Source of the DNA: Macrostomum lignano
Taxonomy: Eukaryota
Reading direction: 5' to 3'
DNA length: 64,000 bases
NCBI GenBank assembly: GCA_002269645.1
Contig: NIVC01000617.1
Span: forward strand, 310,001-374,000
The notes beneath the pieces are model-generated. The model ran no database searches. It saw only the letters and a list, made by a program, of their open reading frames with translations, and was not told where the DNA came from. Below are positions 13,581 through 35,292 of the stretch, one piece after another; the first letter of the stretch is position 1; every line of letters begins with the position of its first letter. Position numbers and translations under genes: made by a program.

Positions 13581-15768
13581 TCATGGTGACTCAATGCGCG
13601 AATGATGAGTCAGTGAGTCAGTCATTCGCAACAAACCGTTGACATTAACAATCAAAGTCGAGCAGAATTTTGATCGCCGAGCGGACGTATTAGGAAATTC
13701 CATAGCCGGCACCCGATCCCCGGTATTCAAGTTCACCAGCAGGGGGCGCACGCACTCAATGTGGCAGCGCGACCTTCCACCGTCGCCATAAAGGAAGGCA
13801 GGTGAAGAGGAGAATGAACTGCCTGCAGGTGAGCCTCGCTGCTGCTGCTGCTGCTGCTGTCTTTTCCTAATCCGTTGGGAAGGGCTCGAATCCTGGAGTT
13901 CGAATCTGTTTAGCCAGGAGTGCACTTTCTGAACCTCGATAGACAGCGCCGATGCAGATGCGTCTGTCAGCGTCAGAGGCGACTGAGACGCCTGGCGCTT
14001 GGCCGCGTTGGTACATGTAGATGATCCGCTCTCTCGGAGCTGGCCCTCCATTCGCTCGATGTCGCCGCGAACCTGATCGGTAAGGCTGTGAATCGACATT
14101 CTCACCTCGTCGATGTCATTCTGTAGCTCTTCAACTGCGGGATTCCAGCTGATGTCTTCGACTGTGTCGACTCCGGAAGCGTCGAGTTCAGCGTCGCAGT
14201 CAGCGACAGAGGCCGCGGTCAGCAGAGGACTGAGCCGATCGACATCAGCTTGAAGGCCGACATCGTTGCGAACAGCTGCAGGTGGCAGCTTCTGTTCGAC
14301 GACAGCGACAGACTCAAAACTACCAGCTGTCGGATCGTCGTCCCTGTCGATTACTGTCAGTGGCGTTGGAGGCGCTGGTGTTGCGGTGTTGACTCCGGCG
14401 CCTAAGACGCTGAGGCAGCCTCCGTTTCCGCAGCCGCCGCTACCGCCAACAACGCTGCTTCGTCGAAGGCTGCTTCGTCGACTTCCGCCGAGCTGAAAGT
14501 CCGGAAGTACAACTGACAGCAGCGCCTGCTGCGGCAGCGGCTGAGGCTGCGGCACTGCAGACGACGTTTTTGGTGAAGACTCTTGAGTTATCGATATCGT
14601 CGACATGATTTCGCTGACCTCCTGGGAGCAACTGTTGCTGAGGCAACCATTGCTCTCGTTGTTGCATTCTGGCGGGCCATTAAGTTTGGACGCTTCATCA
14701 GCTCCAAATGCGACGCCATCAGTTTCGGTGAAGGAGCGCTCAAATCGACGGCCTTGAAGGCGCCGTCTCGTGCGCATGTCGATCTGATGAGCCAACTCGG
14801 CGCGCTTGGCTGCCGCCGACTCGCTGATTGCCTGCGGCGGCTGCTGCTGCTGCGACGGTTGGTTCTTCACACTTTCAGAGTTCAGTCCAGCGAAGGCGGC
14901 GTCTTGAGCAGCAACGCTGCATCTGTATGAAGAGAAAACTAACCAATGACTGACTGACTGACTGACTGACTGACTGACTGACTGACTGACTGACTGACTG
15001 ACTGACTGACTGACTGACTGACTGACTGACTGACTGACTGACTGACTGACTGACTGACTGACTGACTGACTGACTGACTGACTGACTGACTGACTGACTG
15101 ACTGACTGACTGACTGACTGACTGACTGACTGACTGACTGACTGACTGACTGACTGACTGACTGACTGACTGACTGACTGACTGACTGACTGACTGACTG
15201 ACTGACTGACTGACTGACTGACTGACTGACTGACTGACTGACTGACTGACTGACTGACTGACTGACTGACTGACTGACTGACTGACTGACTGACTGACTG
15301 ACTGACTGACTGACTGACTGACTGACTGACTGACTGACTGACTGACTGACTGACTGACTGACTGACTGACTGACTGACTGACTGACTGACTGACTGACTG
15401 ACTGACTGACTGACTGACTGACTGACTGACTGACTGACTGACTGACTGACTGACTGACTGACTGACTGACTGACTGACTGACTGACTGACTGACTGACTG
15501 ACTGACTGACTGACTGACTGACTGACTGACTGACTGACTGACTGACTGACTGACTGACTGACTGACTGACTGACTGACTGACTGACTGACTGACTGACTG
15601 ACTGACTGACTGACTGACTGACTGACTGACTGACTGACTGACTGACTGACTGACTGACTGACTGACTGACTGACTGACTGACTGACTGACTGACTGACTG
15701 ACTGACTGACTGACTGACTGACTGACTGACTGACTGACTGACTGACTGACTGACTGACTAACTAACTG

Positions 15769-15826
<58 letters not shown>

Positions 15827-17285
15827 AAAAAAGAATGATTGAAGATTGAACTTCATAAAAATACTTCTTAATACGCTGCTGCTGCGTCTGCCGCTGCTGA
15901 AGCTGCTCTTCAGTCTGCATCTTAGAAACGGTTGCCGCTGTCGCTGCGTCTCGATTCACTGCCGAGTTCCTGGCGGCTGTGGCGACCGCGACCGCCCTCT
16001 GCCAGCGCTGCAGTCGAGCGTTGCCTCCTGAGACGCGCCTTTCGCTTCCGCCGCCGCCGCTCCGTTCTCTGCCGTCAAGCGTCAGCAGCTGTCTGAGCAC
16101 CCTGCGCAGCAGTTGACTCTCGTCCCGTTGCGCGGCGGAAGAGAAACTTGATGAAGCGTCGCTCAGGCTGGCGACGCCACCGCCAGCGCTGTCGGTCCGC
16201 GATGCCGCGGCGAGGGACCGCCGCCGATCCTCCAGCTGAGTCCGACGCTGCTGCCAATTACGGACGAATCGCTCCGGTAGGAAGCGAAAATCACCGCCCG
16301 CCTCGTAGAGGTGTTCGAGACGGCGCACCTCAGCCGCGATGTCCGCTGGCGTCAGCGGAGTCTGCTGGCCACCAGCTGCCTGCTGAGGCGGCTGCGGCGG
16401 CAACGAGACAGCCCCGTGCGAGTCCATGGATGCTGGCGAGTCGGTGAATCTCGGATGAGTCAAACCCGACTGTTGTGGCAGGCCACTGCTGCAGTAGGTC
16501 TGCAGATATTGCTGGATGGCTTCGTGCATTCCAACGGAGGACATTCCCGCGCCAGCTGAAGACGAGAGCGAGTCACCAGTGGCGGCGGCTGCGGCGGCGG
16601 TGGCGCCAAATCCGCTTGTTGTCGTTGAAGAGCCACGACTGGACGCCATCTGCTGCTGCTGCTGCTGCTGCTGCATTCTTCTTTGGTGCCGTTTAAATTG
16701 GCTCTCGCCCCGGCGTCCAACTACCTCCGGGATGCTGTCCAGACTAGAGGGAGTCGGAGCGGCGGCGGCGGCTGCTCCAACGGCGGGTTCAGCGGTGCCG
16801 GCAGCTGCCGCCGCGTCAGCCCTTCTTTGATGATGTCGAAGTCGCCAGATAAGCCAAGAGCGACGGAAGTCCGGGTGGTTTGGCGGCTGCTGGTGCTGCT
16901 GCTGGTAGTAGCTGGGCCAGCCGCAGGCTAACCCGGGTTTTCGCGATCTGCGCCGCAGCAAGGGAGAAAAATCCTCGTCTCCAAAAATATCAAAGTAGAA
17001 AATATTGCGAATAAAAAAGAATGAGAAGAAATGCGAAGATGAGGGCGTGGCTAGAAAATTGATTCGTGCGACTTGGGGAGGCGGGCTGTATTTTTGGATG
17101 CGGGGCATCACGCAGCCAGACATTGTGAGATGTCCGCCTTTTGAACGACAGGGTGAGAGGGGACGAAGGCCTGTCTGAGAGCCTTCGTTTTCAGTGCCAG
17201 TCCTTATGTGACTGACTGTACATGTACAGGCGTACTGTGGTATATTGAATGAGTTGGATTTGTTGCGTTCAAATTTCAACAGATT
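13581..17285 (-). CDS. Uncharacterised low-complexity (Q/S/A-rich) protein with coiled-coil-like segments; probable last two exons, about (17285, 17215 or 16978)-15865 and 14922-13581
   Basis: Two long GC-rich ORFs (485 and 429 aa) join in frame through a phase-2 intron (AA|GTATTT at 15864, CATACAG|A at 14923) that contains the TGAC/TAAC microsatellite. Heptad-like stretch VEELQNDIDEVRMSIHSLTDQVRGDIERMEGQL. No family recognised; the 5' boundary is ambiguous. Confidence 0.65.
14947..15826. repeat. Compound microsatellite: (TGAC)n, about 200 copies, followed by (TAAC)n
   Basis: Directly visible and essentially perfect. Confidence 0.98.
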
Positions 17286-17324
17286 CTATTTTTAGTTGCT
17301 AATCGGTTTCTACATCAGTTGGTA

Positions 17325-19010
17325 CTGGCTCATAGACTCAGATGATGCTGGCTCATAGAATCAGATGATGCTGGCTCATAGACTCAGATGATGCTGGCTC
17401 ATAGACTCAGATGATGCTGGCTCATAGACTCAGATGATGCTGGCTCATAGACTCAGATGATGCTGGCTCATAGACTCAGATGATGCTGGCTCATAGATTC
17501 AGATGATGCTGGCTCATAGACTCAGATGATGCTGGCTCATAGACTCAGCTGATGCTGGCTCATAGACTCAGATGATGCTGGCTCATAGACTCAGATGATG
17601 CTGGCTCATAGACTCAGATGATGCTGGCTCATAGACTCAGATGATGCTGGCTCATAGACTCAGCTGATGCTGGCTCATAGACTCAGATGATGCTGGCTCA
17701 TAGACTCAGATGATGCTGGCTCATAGACTCAGATGATGCTGGCTCATAGACTCAGATGATGCTGGCTCATAGACTCAGATGATGCTGGCTCATAGACTCA
17801 GATGATGCTGGCTCATAGACTCAGATGATGCTGGCTCATAGACTCAGATGATGCTGGCTCATAGACTCAGATGATGCTGGCTCATAGATTCAGATGATGC
17901 TGGCTCATAGACTCAGATGATGCTGGCTCATAGACTCAGATGATGCTGGCTCATAGACTCAGATGATGCTGGCTCATAGACTCAGATGATGCTGGCTCAT
18001 AGACTCAGATGATGCTGGCTCATAGACTCAGATGATGCTGGCTCATAGACTCAGATGATGCTGGCTCATAGACTCAGATGATGCTGGCTCATAGACTCAG
18101 CTGATGCTGGCTCATAGACTCAGATGATGCTGGCTCATAGACTCAGATGATACTGGCTCATAGACCCAGATGATACTGGCTCATAGACCCAGATGATACT
18201 GGCTCATAGACTCAGATGATGCTGGCTCATAGACTCAGATGATACTAGCTCATAGACTCAGATTATGCTGGCTCATAGACTCAGATGATGCTGGCTCATA
18301 GACCCAGATGATACTGGCTCATAGACCCAGATGATGCTGGCTCATAGACTCAGATGATACTGGCTCATAGACTCAGATGATGCTGGCTCATAGACTCAGA
18401 TGATGCTGGCTCATAGACCCAGATGATACTGGCTCATAGACCCAGATGATACTGGCTCATAGACTCAGATGATGCTGGCTCATAGACTCAGATGATACTA
18501 GCTCATAGACTCAGATGATGTTGGCTCATAGACTCAGATGATGCTGGCTCATAGACCCAGATGATACTGGCTCATAGACCCAGATGATACTGGCTCATAG
18601 ACCCAGATGATGCTGGCTCATAGACCCAGATGATACTGGCTCATAGACTCAGATGATACTGGCTCATAGACTCAGATGATACTGGCTCATAGACTCAGCT
18701 GATGCTGGCTCATAGACCCAGATGATACTGGCTCATAGACTCAGATGATACTGGCTCATAGACTCAGATGATACTGGCTCATAGACCCAGATGATACTAG
18801 CTCATAAACTAAGATGATACTAGCTTACTAGCTCATAGACTCAGATGATGCTAACTCATAAAATAAGATAATACTCTTATAAACTCTGTTGATACCAGCT
18901 CATAGACTTAGATGATAGTAACTCATAAACTAAGATGATGATCGTATAAACTCAGATAATACTACTTCGTAACTCATAAACTCAGATGATGCTCTTTTAA
19001 ACCCAGATGA
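17325..19010. repeat. 23-bp minisatellite (CTGGCTCATAGACTCAGATGATG)n, about 65-70 copies, degenerating toward the right end
   Basis: Directly visible; period 23 measured between 17325 and 17348. Confidence 0.97.
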
Positions 19011-19061
19011 TACTAATAACGTGTCACAAACAAGAGCCTAGAATATCAACCCTGCACTTAC

Positions 19062-19206
19062 ATGACTCTCCGTTTAAACGCTGCAGCATATCGCCAAGTT
19101 CTGTCAGTTTGACATCGATGCCTTCCAGTGGCTTCCTGGGTGGCCTGCTGTTGCTGCAGCTCTGACGATGGCTCACCTGATTTGTGTTGCTGCATTTGTT
19201 AGCCCT
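19062..19206 (-). CDS. Candidate upstream exon of the orphan minus-strand gene (…PLEGIDVKLTELGDMLQRLNGES)
   Basis: Acceptor GAAGCAG at 19207 and strong donor T|GTAAGT at 19061. The phase-1 end is compatible with acceptors at 17216 or 16979. The peptide is amphipathic and coiled-coil-like. Confidence 0.35.
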
Positions 19207-20400
19207 CTGCTTCAAGGAGAATCACTTTGTTGAGCAGTCAGGAATTATCGACCCGGCCTCGCCACGCAGCTTCGTTGATAAGAACATTTGAATCGTTAAT
19301 AAATTTTATGTAGTGCAGATTTCCTTATCTTTTCTTTTAGAAGCCAGTAACTGTGGATGCCTTGGTATCAGTGCAACACGGATCCTTATCTCCAGCTTTT
19401 GTTCTGCAGCTCGCTACTGACGATAAGTAGGATCTACCGAACATTTTTATGTGCGCGTATTTCATGTACATGAAACATTAGAGAAATTTGCAATAGGGTA
19501 CCGGCAGTAATCTAGTGCCACCTGTTGAAGGTCCAGAAGCTCCGGCTAGGTGTAGGCCAGTGACTAACGAAGTCAAAGCTGACGCAGACACATGTGCTCG
19601 ACGTGCTGATGAAATTTGAAGGCTTGGCAGGGCTGCACCAAGGCGCAGTGCTGATTGGTGCACAGGGGTGTACAGAATACACTGGCACTTCCGACCTTCG
19701 GAAAATCCGACCTTCTGGAATAATTGTTGAATATCTTGACGATCCAGAGGGCTGGCGACTTGATTCTTGTTTGAGAAGGTGCTCAACAAAAAGTTAGCCC
19801 GTGTGTTCTTGAACTTGGCGTCTGCACAAGGACAACTTAATCATAGTGATTGACTAATTATAGTCATGAGTTGTACTTGCGTCTGCATTGATTTCCAGAG
19901 GGATTTCTGAGGGATTTGGGGTTGGCCCTTAAGGAGGTGAAGTGCACCATAAACTACGTACTTCAGTAGACGCTAAAACAGCATCCTGTCCTTGTTTCCA
20001 TTGCGTCAATCCTTACTCGTGCTAGCGAATCTTGTGGAAAGCAAAGGGTAAAAAAGGGCTGGGAGAGAAGAGAGCCAGCTAACCACTAAAATGAGAGAAA
20101 AATTCAATTCAAATCTAAGCCAGACAGAATATGGCGTGGCCCCCTTGTTGAAGGAAGTGTTCCGGCGACTGGAATGAGGTTGGGCAGACTGAGGGTTAGA
20201 GAAAAATTAAAATCGATATTTTTTAAGCTTTGGCAGTTCCAACGGCACAGCTGTTCCTTCCGTACCTGAATTCGGGTAGTTTAGTGGAGAGCTGATTTTC
20301 CAGCCATTTTTTAGCTTCTCAATCTCAAATCCGATTTACGAGCACTGTAAGGCTCCTGCCCGATCCTCAGCATACTTTCAGCTGTGCAGTGCACAGCTAT

Positions 20401-21507
<1,107 letters not shown>

Positions 21508-22119
21508 TAGTGCCGCAGAGGTGATTTACGCAGTTTAGCTACAAAGAAAAAAGTCCTAGCAAGTGAAAATCAGCCATAGCGAATAGTGAGGCTATTTGCG
21601 CAGCTCAACTGAATACACGAGCTAAGTAGAGGCTGAACTGCCATTGGCTGATTGAAGCAGCAGGAAAGGGAAGGAAAAAAGGAGCCAAACAGTGTATAAG
21701 CAGGCCCAGCTTTTTTTAAGCCGCACATATCTATACATACAAGTGGGAAGCAAAGCCAGCGTTCGGGTCCTGACAGGTTTTAAAGTTTTCAAGAAAAGGC
21801 ATTCATTTAAAAAGCCACTCGAAAGCAATTAAAACTGCGAAAAGGTTCACCCGTGGAGACTGAAGGACCTGAGACAGGTGGAGAAATCGAGGGAGCGGCT
21901 TTTAAAACTCACTCGTGTCTCTCCTTAACAAGCGAGTTGGAGAACATGACGAACAGCTTCCAGGGCCGCTGTCAACGAATTCAACGTAGACATCGATCTT
22001 TCTGTGGAAGCGAACACTTTGACTAGTTTGACTTCTTTTTTCACATCGATTTTTTTCGAAAGTTTAAGATGCGACGATATGGGCAGCTGCATCAAAGTGG
22101 AAGGATCCTGCTGTTGGGC

Positions 22120-29960
<7,841 letters not shown>

Positions 29961-30099
29961 GTTTTGATTTTTTACTTTTTACCTGACAAACTAATTGAAT
30001 GTAGAAAAGAGAACATTGGTTATGTTTAAATTTGGTTTCAACTAATTTTGAATGTGTCACAACACATGCTAGATTGTCAGTGTTTTACTGTCGCTATTC

Positions 30100-30105
30100 A
30101 ATAAA
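30100..30105 (+). promoter_or_regulatory. Probable polyadenylation signal AATAAA of the nAChR gene
   Basis: First AATAAA, 140 nt after the stop at 29960, in AT-rich 3' sequence. Confidence 0.6.
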
Positions 30106-30349
30106 AATATATTGAGTGATGCTTAAAGAAGAAACTCTTTTTCCGACAGTTGAATTGCATTTGAATTGCAATTATAGCTCTTGTTGTATTATGGAAACAA
30201 AATGTTGTAGGATATTCAGCTCAACTCTAGTACCTGGGATTACGGAGAATCACAGGTGCTCTGTAGTATATTATTTTACGTCATCAGGGAGGTAAAGTAC
30301 AATTACGAGCTGGAGAAAAGTGAGAATTGAAAGTAAAATAGAGGCTAGT

Positions 30350-30992
30350 TTGAGAGTTGGTAGATGAGAGAGGAAGGCGTGGAAGGGGAGACGGTCTAAT
30401 GAGAGTGAGGGAGAGGGAGTGGAAACCAACAATGAAGACGATAGAGGGGGAGAGTGGGAGAGATTAAAAGGAGCGAGAGAAAGGGAAGAGGGGAGAGGGA
30501 AAGAGAGAGGGAGAGAGAGGGATAAAGGGAGGAGAGGGGAGATATATAGAGAGAGGGGGAGAAAGAGAGTCGGGAAGCGAGAGGGAAAGAGGAAGAGAGA
30601 GCTAGAGAGGAGAGAAGGAGAGAGAAAAAAAGGGAGAGAGAGGCAGTCGGGGAGATAGAGGGGGAGAGGAAAGAGGGGAAGAGAGGAGAGAGAGGGAGAG
30701 AGAGGGAAAGAGGAAGAGAGAGAGGAAGAGAGAGAGGAAGAGAGAGCTAGAGAGGAGAGAGGGAGAAAGAAAGAGAGGGAGAGAGGGGGAGTCGGAGAGA
30801 TAGAGGGGGGAGGAGAGAGGGGGAGAGAGGAGAGAGAGGGGGAGAGAGGGAGAGAGGAGAGAGGGAGAGAGGCAGAGTTAAGAGAGGGGGAGAAGGGAGA
30901 GAGAGTGACAGAGGAGAGAGGAAGAGAGATCGAGGGAGAACGTGAGAGAGAGAGAGGGAGAGAGGAGAGAGAGGGGGAGTGGGAGAGAGAGG
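30350..30992. repeat. Purine (GA)-rich low-complexity tract
   Basis: Directly visible. Confidence 0.9.
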
Positions 30993-31593
30993 TCACAGCC
31001 CTAAAAGAACACATGGCTTGCTAGTTCTAAAAAAAGCACCCAACGCTCCCAGAGCGGTGCAGTCAGTGAGGAGTTCCCAAGAGCCTCCCAAAAGTTCTTA
31101 ACTTTATTTACTGCCATCCCGGGAGAACTGAGGGTAGAACGGCATTGTAGGGAATTCAGTGTGGGAACGACAGACTTAGACTGCTCTGATTCGTAGTCAG
31201 GGTTCAGGGAATATTTTATTTTCTGCGAATGTTGAATTATTTGACAAAACAGCTCCTTCAAAGTGGTACCCCGTACACCTTGGCGCTGCAGGAGAGAGAA
31301 GTAGGGAAAGAACGCAGCATGCAAAGACCAGAAATCTGCCGTTTGAACTTCCGCACGATGGAGCAATTAACCGAAGGTATACGAAAAATTTCTGGTCATA
31401 AAAATATCCTGCGAATTTTTTTCGTGAATGTTTTTCAAACAGAAACTACAGTGTTTCCTGGCACAGTTGTACTTTAATCGATCTCAGCTTGTGACCTGGA
31501 TGCAATATTTAAAAAAGCAGAGCTGCATTTCTAACATTCTACTAGGTAAAAACTTCATACGAGCTCGAACCGTTGGAAAATGTCAGTTCTCTT

Positions 31594-32290
31594 CATTCTC
31601 CGTCTCCCCTCTTCCCCCTCTCTTCTCCCCTTCTCCCCTCTCCCCTCTCTCCCTCTACCTCTCCCCTCTCTTCCTCTACCTCTCCCCTCTCTTCCTCTAC
31701 CTCTTTCATCTCTCCCTCTCTCCCGTCCCCACTCTCCCTCTCCCCTCTCCCTCTCTCCCCCTCTCCATCTCTCTCCCTCTCTCCCCTCTCCCCTCTCCCT
31801 CTCTCCCCCTCTCCATCTCTCTCCCTCTCTCCCTTTCTCCCTCTCTCCATCTCTCCCCACTCTCCTTCTCTTCCCTCTCTCCCTCTCTCCCTCTCTCCCC
31901 TCTCTCCCTTTCTCCCTTTCTTCCTCTCTCCATCTCTCCCCACTCTCCTTCTCTTTCCTCTCTCCATCTCTCCCTCTCTCCCTCTCTCCATCTCTCCCTC
32001 TACCCCTCTCTCCCTTTCTCCCTTTCTCCCTCTCTCCATCTCTCCCCACTCTCCTTCTCTTTCCTCTCTCCATCTCTCCCTCTCTCCCTCTCTCCATCTC
32101 TCCCTCTACCCCTCTCTCCCTCTCCCTCTCTCCATCTCTCCCCACTCTCCTTCTCCCCCTCTCCCCTCTCTCCCTCTACCTCTCCCCTCTCTCCCTCTAC
32201 CTACCTCTCTCCCTCTACCTCTCCTCTCTCCCTTTCCCCCTCTCTCCCTCTCTCCCTCTTTCCCCTCTCTCCATCTCTCACCTCTCTCCC
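31594..32290. repeat. Pyrimidine (CT)-rich low-complexity tract with internal duplications
   Basis: Directly visible. Confidence 0.9.
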
Positions 32291-32749
32291 TATAGAAATT
32301 AAAAAAGACTTCTATTGAATTAACAAAAGCCTTAAATAATACGATTTGTCCCAAGAACACGGTCAGAAAATTAAGAAATTTCTTGAACTGCGCTTTCGTC
32401 CTCAACTAGCACTAAAAACGTTTGTGAGCTCCTGGGGAGGGACAGAAAGTGTGAGAGAGATCATCCAGGCAAGGAAAGAAAGTAATCAAAGTCAAGGTCA
32501 AGCTCTTCAACTGGGAGAAGACTCAACTCTGAACAAACGTGACGGGTTTGCTAAACAGTTTTTATAGCCCAAGAAGACCAAGGAGCCATGGTTGAATAAA
32601 TAGAATTAGTTACAAAACTGCTGGTCGCCAGCTGAACTGTGTGTGTGTGTGTGTGGGGGGTATTTATCTGATAGCTTTAACTGTTTCTACCTGTAAACTT
32701 TTCGATTTTAGAGAGAAGTAAAAAGATTGAGATTGGGAGTTGATTAAGA

Positions 32750-33775
32750 CAGAGAGACCAAGAGAAGGGTAGAAAGGGAGGGAGAGAGGCAGAGAGGGGT
32801 AGAGAGAATTAGAGAGGGAGAGGGAGAGGGGTAAAGAGGGAGGTGTTAGAGAGAAAGACGGGGGTAGAGAGGGAGGAGTTTAAAGAGGGAGACAGGTAGA
32901 GAGGGATAGATGAGATATGGAGAGAGAGAGAGTAAGAGAGAGAGAGAGGGAGAGGGTTAGAGAGGGAGAGGGTTAGAGAGGGTTAGAATGGGAGAGGGTT
33001 AGAGAGGGAGAGGGTTAGAGAGGGAGAGGGTTAGAGAGGGAGAGGGTTAGAGAGGGAGAGGGTTAGAGAGGGAGAGGGTTAGAGAGGGTTAGAAAGGGAG
33101 AGGGTTAGAGAGGGAGAGGGTTAGAGAGGGAGAGGGTTAGAGAGGGAGAGGGTTAGAGAGGGAGAGGGTTAGAGAGGGAGAGGGTTAGAGAGGGTTAGAA
33201 AGGGAGAGGGTTAGAGAGGGAGAGGGTTAGAGAGGGAGAGGGTTAGAGAGGGTTAGAAAGGGAGAGGGTTAGAGAGGGAGAGGGTTAGAGAGGGAGAGGG
33301 TTAGAGAGGGAGAGGGTTAGAGAGGGAGAGGGTTAGAGAGGGTTAGAAAGGGAGAGGGTTAGAGAGGGAGAGGGTTAGAGAGGGAGAGGGTTAGAGAGGG
33401 TTAGAAAGGGAGAGGGTTAGAGAGGGAGAGGGTTAGAGAGGGAGAGGGTTAGAGAGGGAGAGGGTTAGAGAGGGAGAGGGTTAGAGAGGGAGAGGGTTAG
33501 AGAGGGAGAGGGTTAGAGAGGGTTAGAGAGGGAGAGGGTTAGAGAGGGTTAGAGAGGGAGAAGGTTAGAGAGGGTTAGAGAGGGAGAGGGTTAGAGAGGG
33601 AGAGGGTTAGAGAGGGAGAGGGTTAGAGAGGGAGAGGGTTAGAGAGGGAGAGGGTTAGAGAGGGAGAGGGTTAGAGAGGGAGAGGGTTAGAGAGGAAGAG
33701 GGCTAGAGAGGGAGGGGTTAAAGAGGGAGAGGGGTAGAGGGGTAGAGAGGAGAGGAGAGGAGAAGAGAGGAAGTG
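32750..33775. repeat. GA-rich tract whose core (about 32955-33715) is a 16-bp minisatellite (GAGGGTTAGAGAGGGA)n
   Basis: Directly visible; each unit contains GGGTTAG. Confidence 0.92.
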
Positions 33776-34032
33776 GAGAAGCTGAAAAGTTAAGACGGTA
33801 TTAGAAAGCTTCTAGAACATTTCTATTTTAAATATCGTTGCAATTTAACACCCTGAGACTGCCTTGATTTGGTACACTCAAGACTCCAAAATGATTTGGA
33901 GCTCCGAATTTCCAACACAATTATTGAATCAGTTGCACAAATTTGTTTCTAAAGGTCTTAAGTATTTTTAAGACGGTCTAGCAGGTGGAAATCTTGTAAA
34001 ACAGGTACAATTTTGCTGCGGTAGCAATCGTA

Positions 34033-35292
34033 TAATAACAGGTACAGAGCATTATAACAGGTACAGAGCATTATAACAGGTACAGAGCATTTATAACAGG
34101 TACAGAGCACGTATAACAGGTACAGAGCATTTATAACAGGTACAGAGCACGTATAACAGGTACAGAGCATTTATAACAGGTACAGAGCATTTATAACAGG
34201 TAAAGAGCTGGTATAACAGGTACAGAGCATTTATAACAGGTACAGAGCATTTATAACAGGTAGAGAGCATTTATAACAGGTACAGAGCACGTATAACAGG
34301 TACAGAGCATTTATAACAGGTACAGAGCATTTAAGCAGGTAAAGAGCCGGTATAACAGGTACAGAGCATTTATAACAGGTACAGAGCATTTATAACAGGT
34401 ACAGAGCATTTATAACAGGTACAGAGCATTTAAGCAGGTAAAGAGCCGGTATAACAGGTACAGAGCATTTATAACAGGTACAGAGCATTTATAACAGGTA
34501 CAGAGCATTTATAACAGGTACAGAGCATTTATAACAGGTACAGAGCATTTATAACAGGTACAGAGCATTATAACAGGTAAAGAGCCGGTATAACAGGTAC
34601 AGAGCATTTATAACAGGTACAGAGCATTTATAACAGGTACAGAGCATTTATAACAGGTACAGAGCATTTATAACAGGTACAAAGCATTTATAACAGGTAC
34701 AGAGCATTTATAACAGGTACAGAGCATTTATAACAGGTACAGAGCATTTATAACAGGTACAGAGCATTTATAACAGGTACAGAGCATTATAACAGGTAAA
34801 GAGCCGGTATAACAGGTACAGAGCATTTATAACAGGTACAGAGCATTTATAACAGGTACAGAGCATTTATAACAGGTACAGAGCATTTATAACAGGTACA
34901 GAGCATTATAACAGGTACAGAGCATTTATAACAGGTACAGAGCACGTATAACAGGTACAGAGCATTTAAGCAGGTAAAGAGCCGGTATAACAGGTACAGA
35001 GCATTTATAACAGGTACAGAGCATTTATAACAGGTAAAGAGCCGGTATAACAGGTAAAGAGCATTTATAACAGGTACAGAGCATTTATAACAGGTACAGA
35101 GCATTTATAACAGGTACAGAGCGTTTATAACAGGTACAGAGCATTTATAACAGGTACAGAGCGTTTATAACAGGTACAGAGCATTTATAACAGGTACAGA
35201 GCATTTATAACAGGTACAGAGCATTTATAGCAGGTACAGAGCATTTATAGCAGGTACAGAGCGTTTATAACAGGTAAAGAGCCGGTATAACA
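34033..35292. repeat. 20-bp minisatellite (ATAACAGGTACAGAGCATTT)n, about 63 copies, with recurring variant units
   Basis: Directly visible. Confidence 0.97.

Noticed and set aside
19712-19821. KFKNTRANFLLSTF...SPL as a TRP-box-like motif
   Set aside because: Lacks the WKF core and no upstream transmembrane exons were found; the similarity is too weak to call a TRP channel.
21913-22001. Apparent minus-strand exon (KIDVYVEFVDSG) with good splice sites
   Set aside because: It lies in the probable 5' region of the plus-strand nAChR gene and could not be linked in a supported way to other exons.
31001-31477. Short ORFs between the GA and CT tracts (for example AVNKVKNFWE), also 32346-32567
   Set aside because: No recognisable domain and no consistent exon chain.
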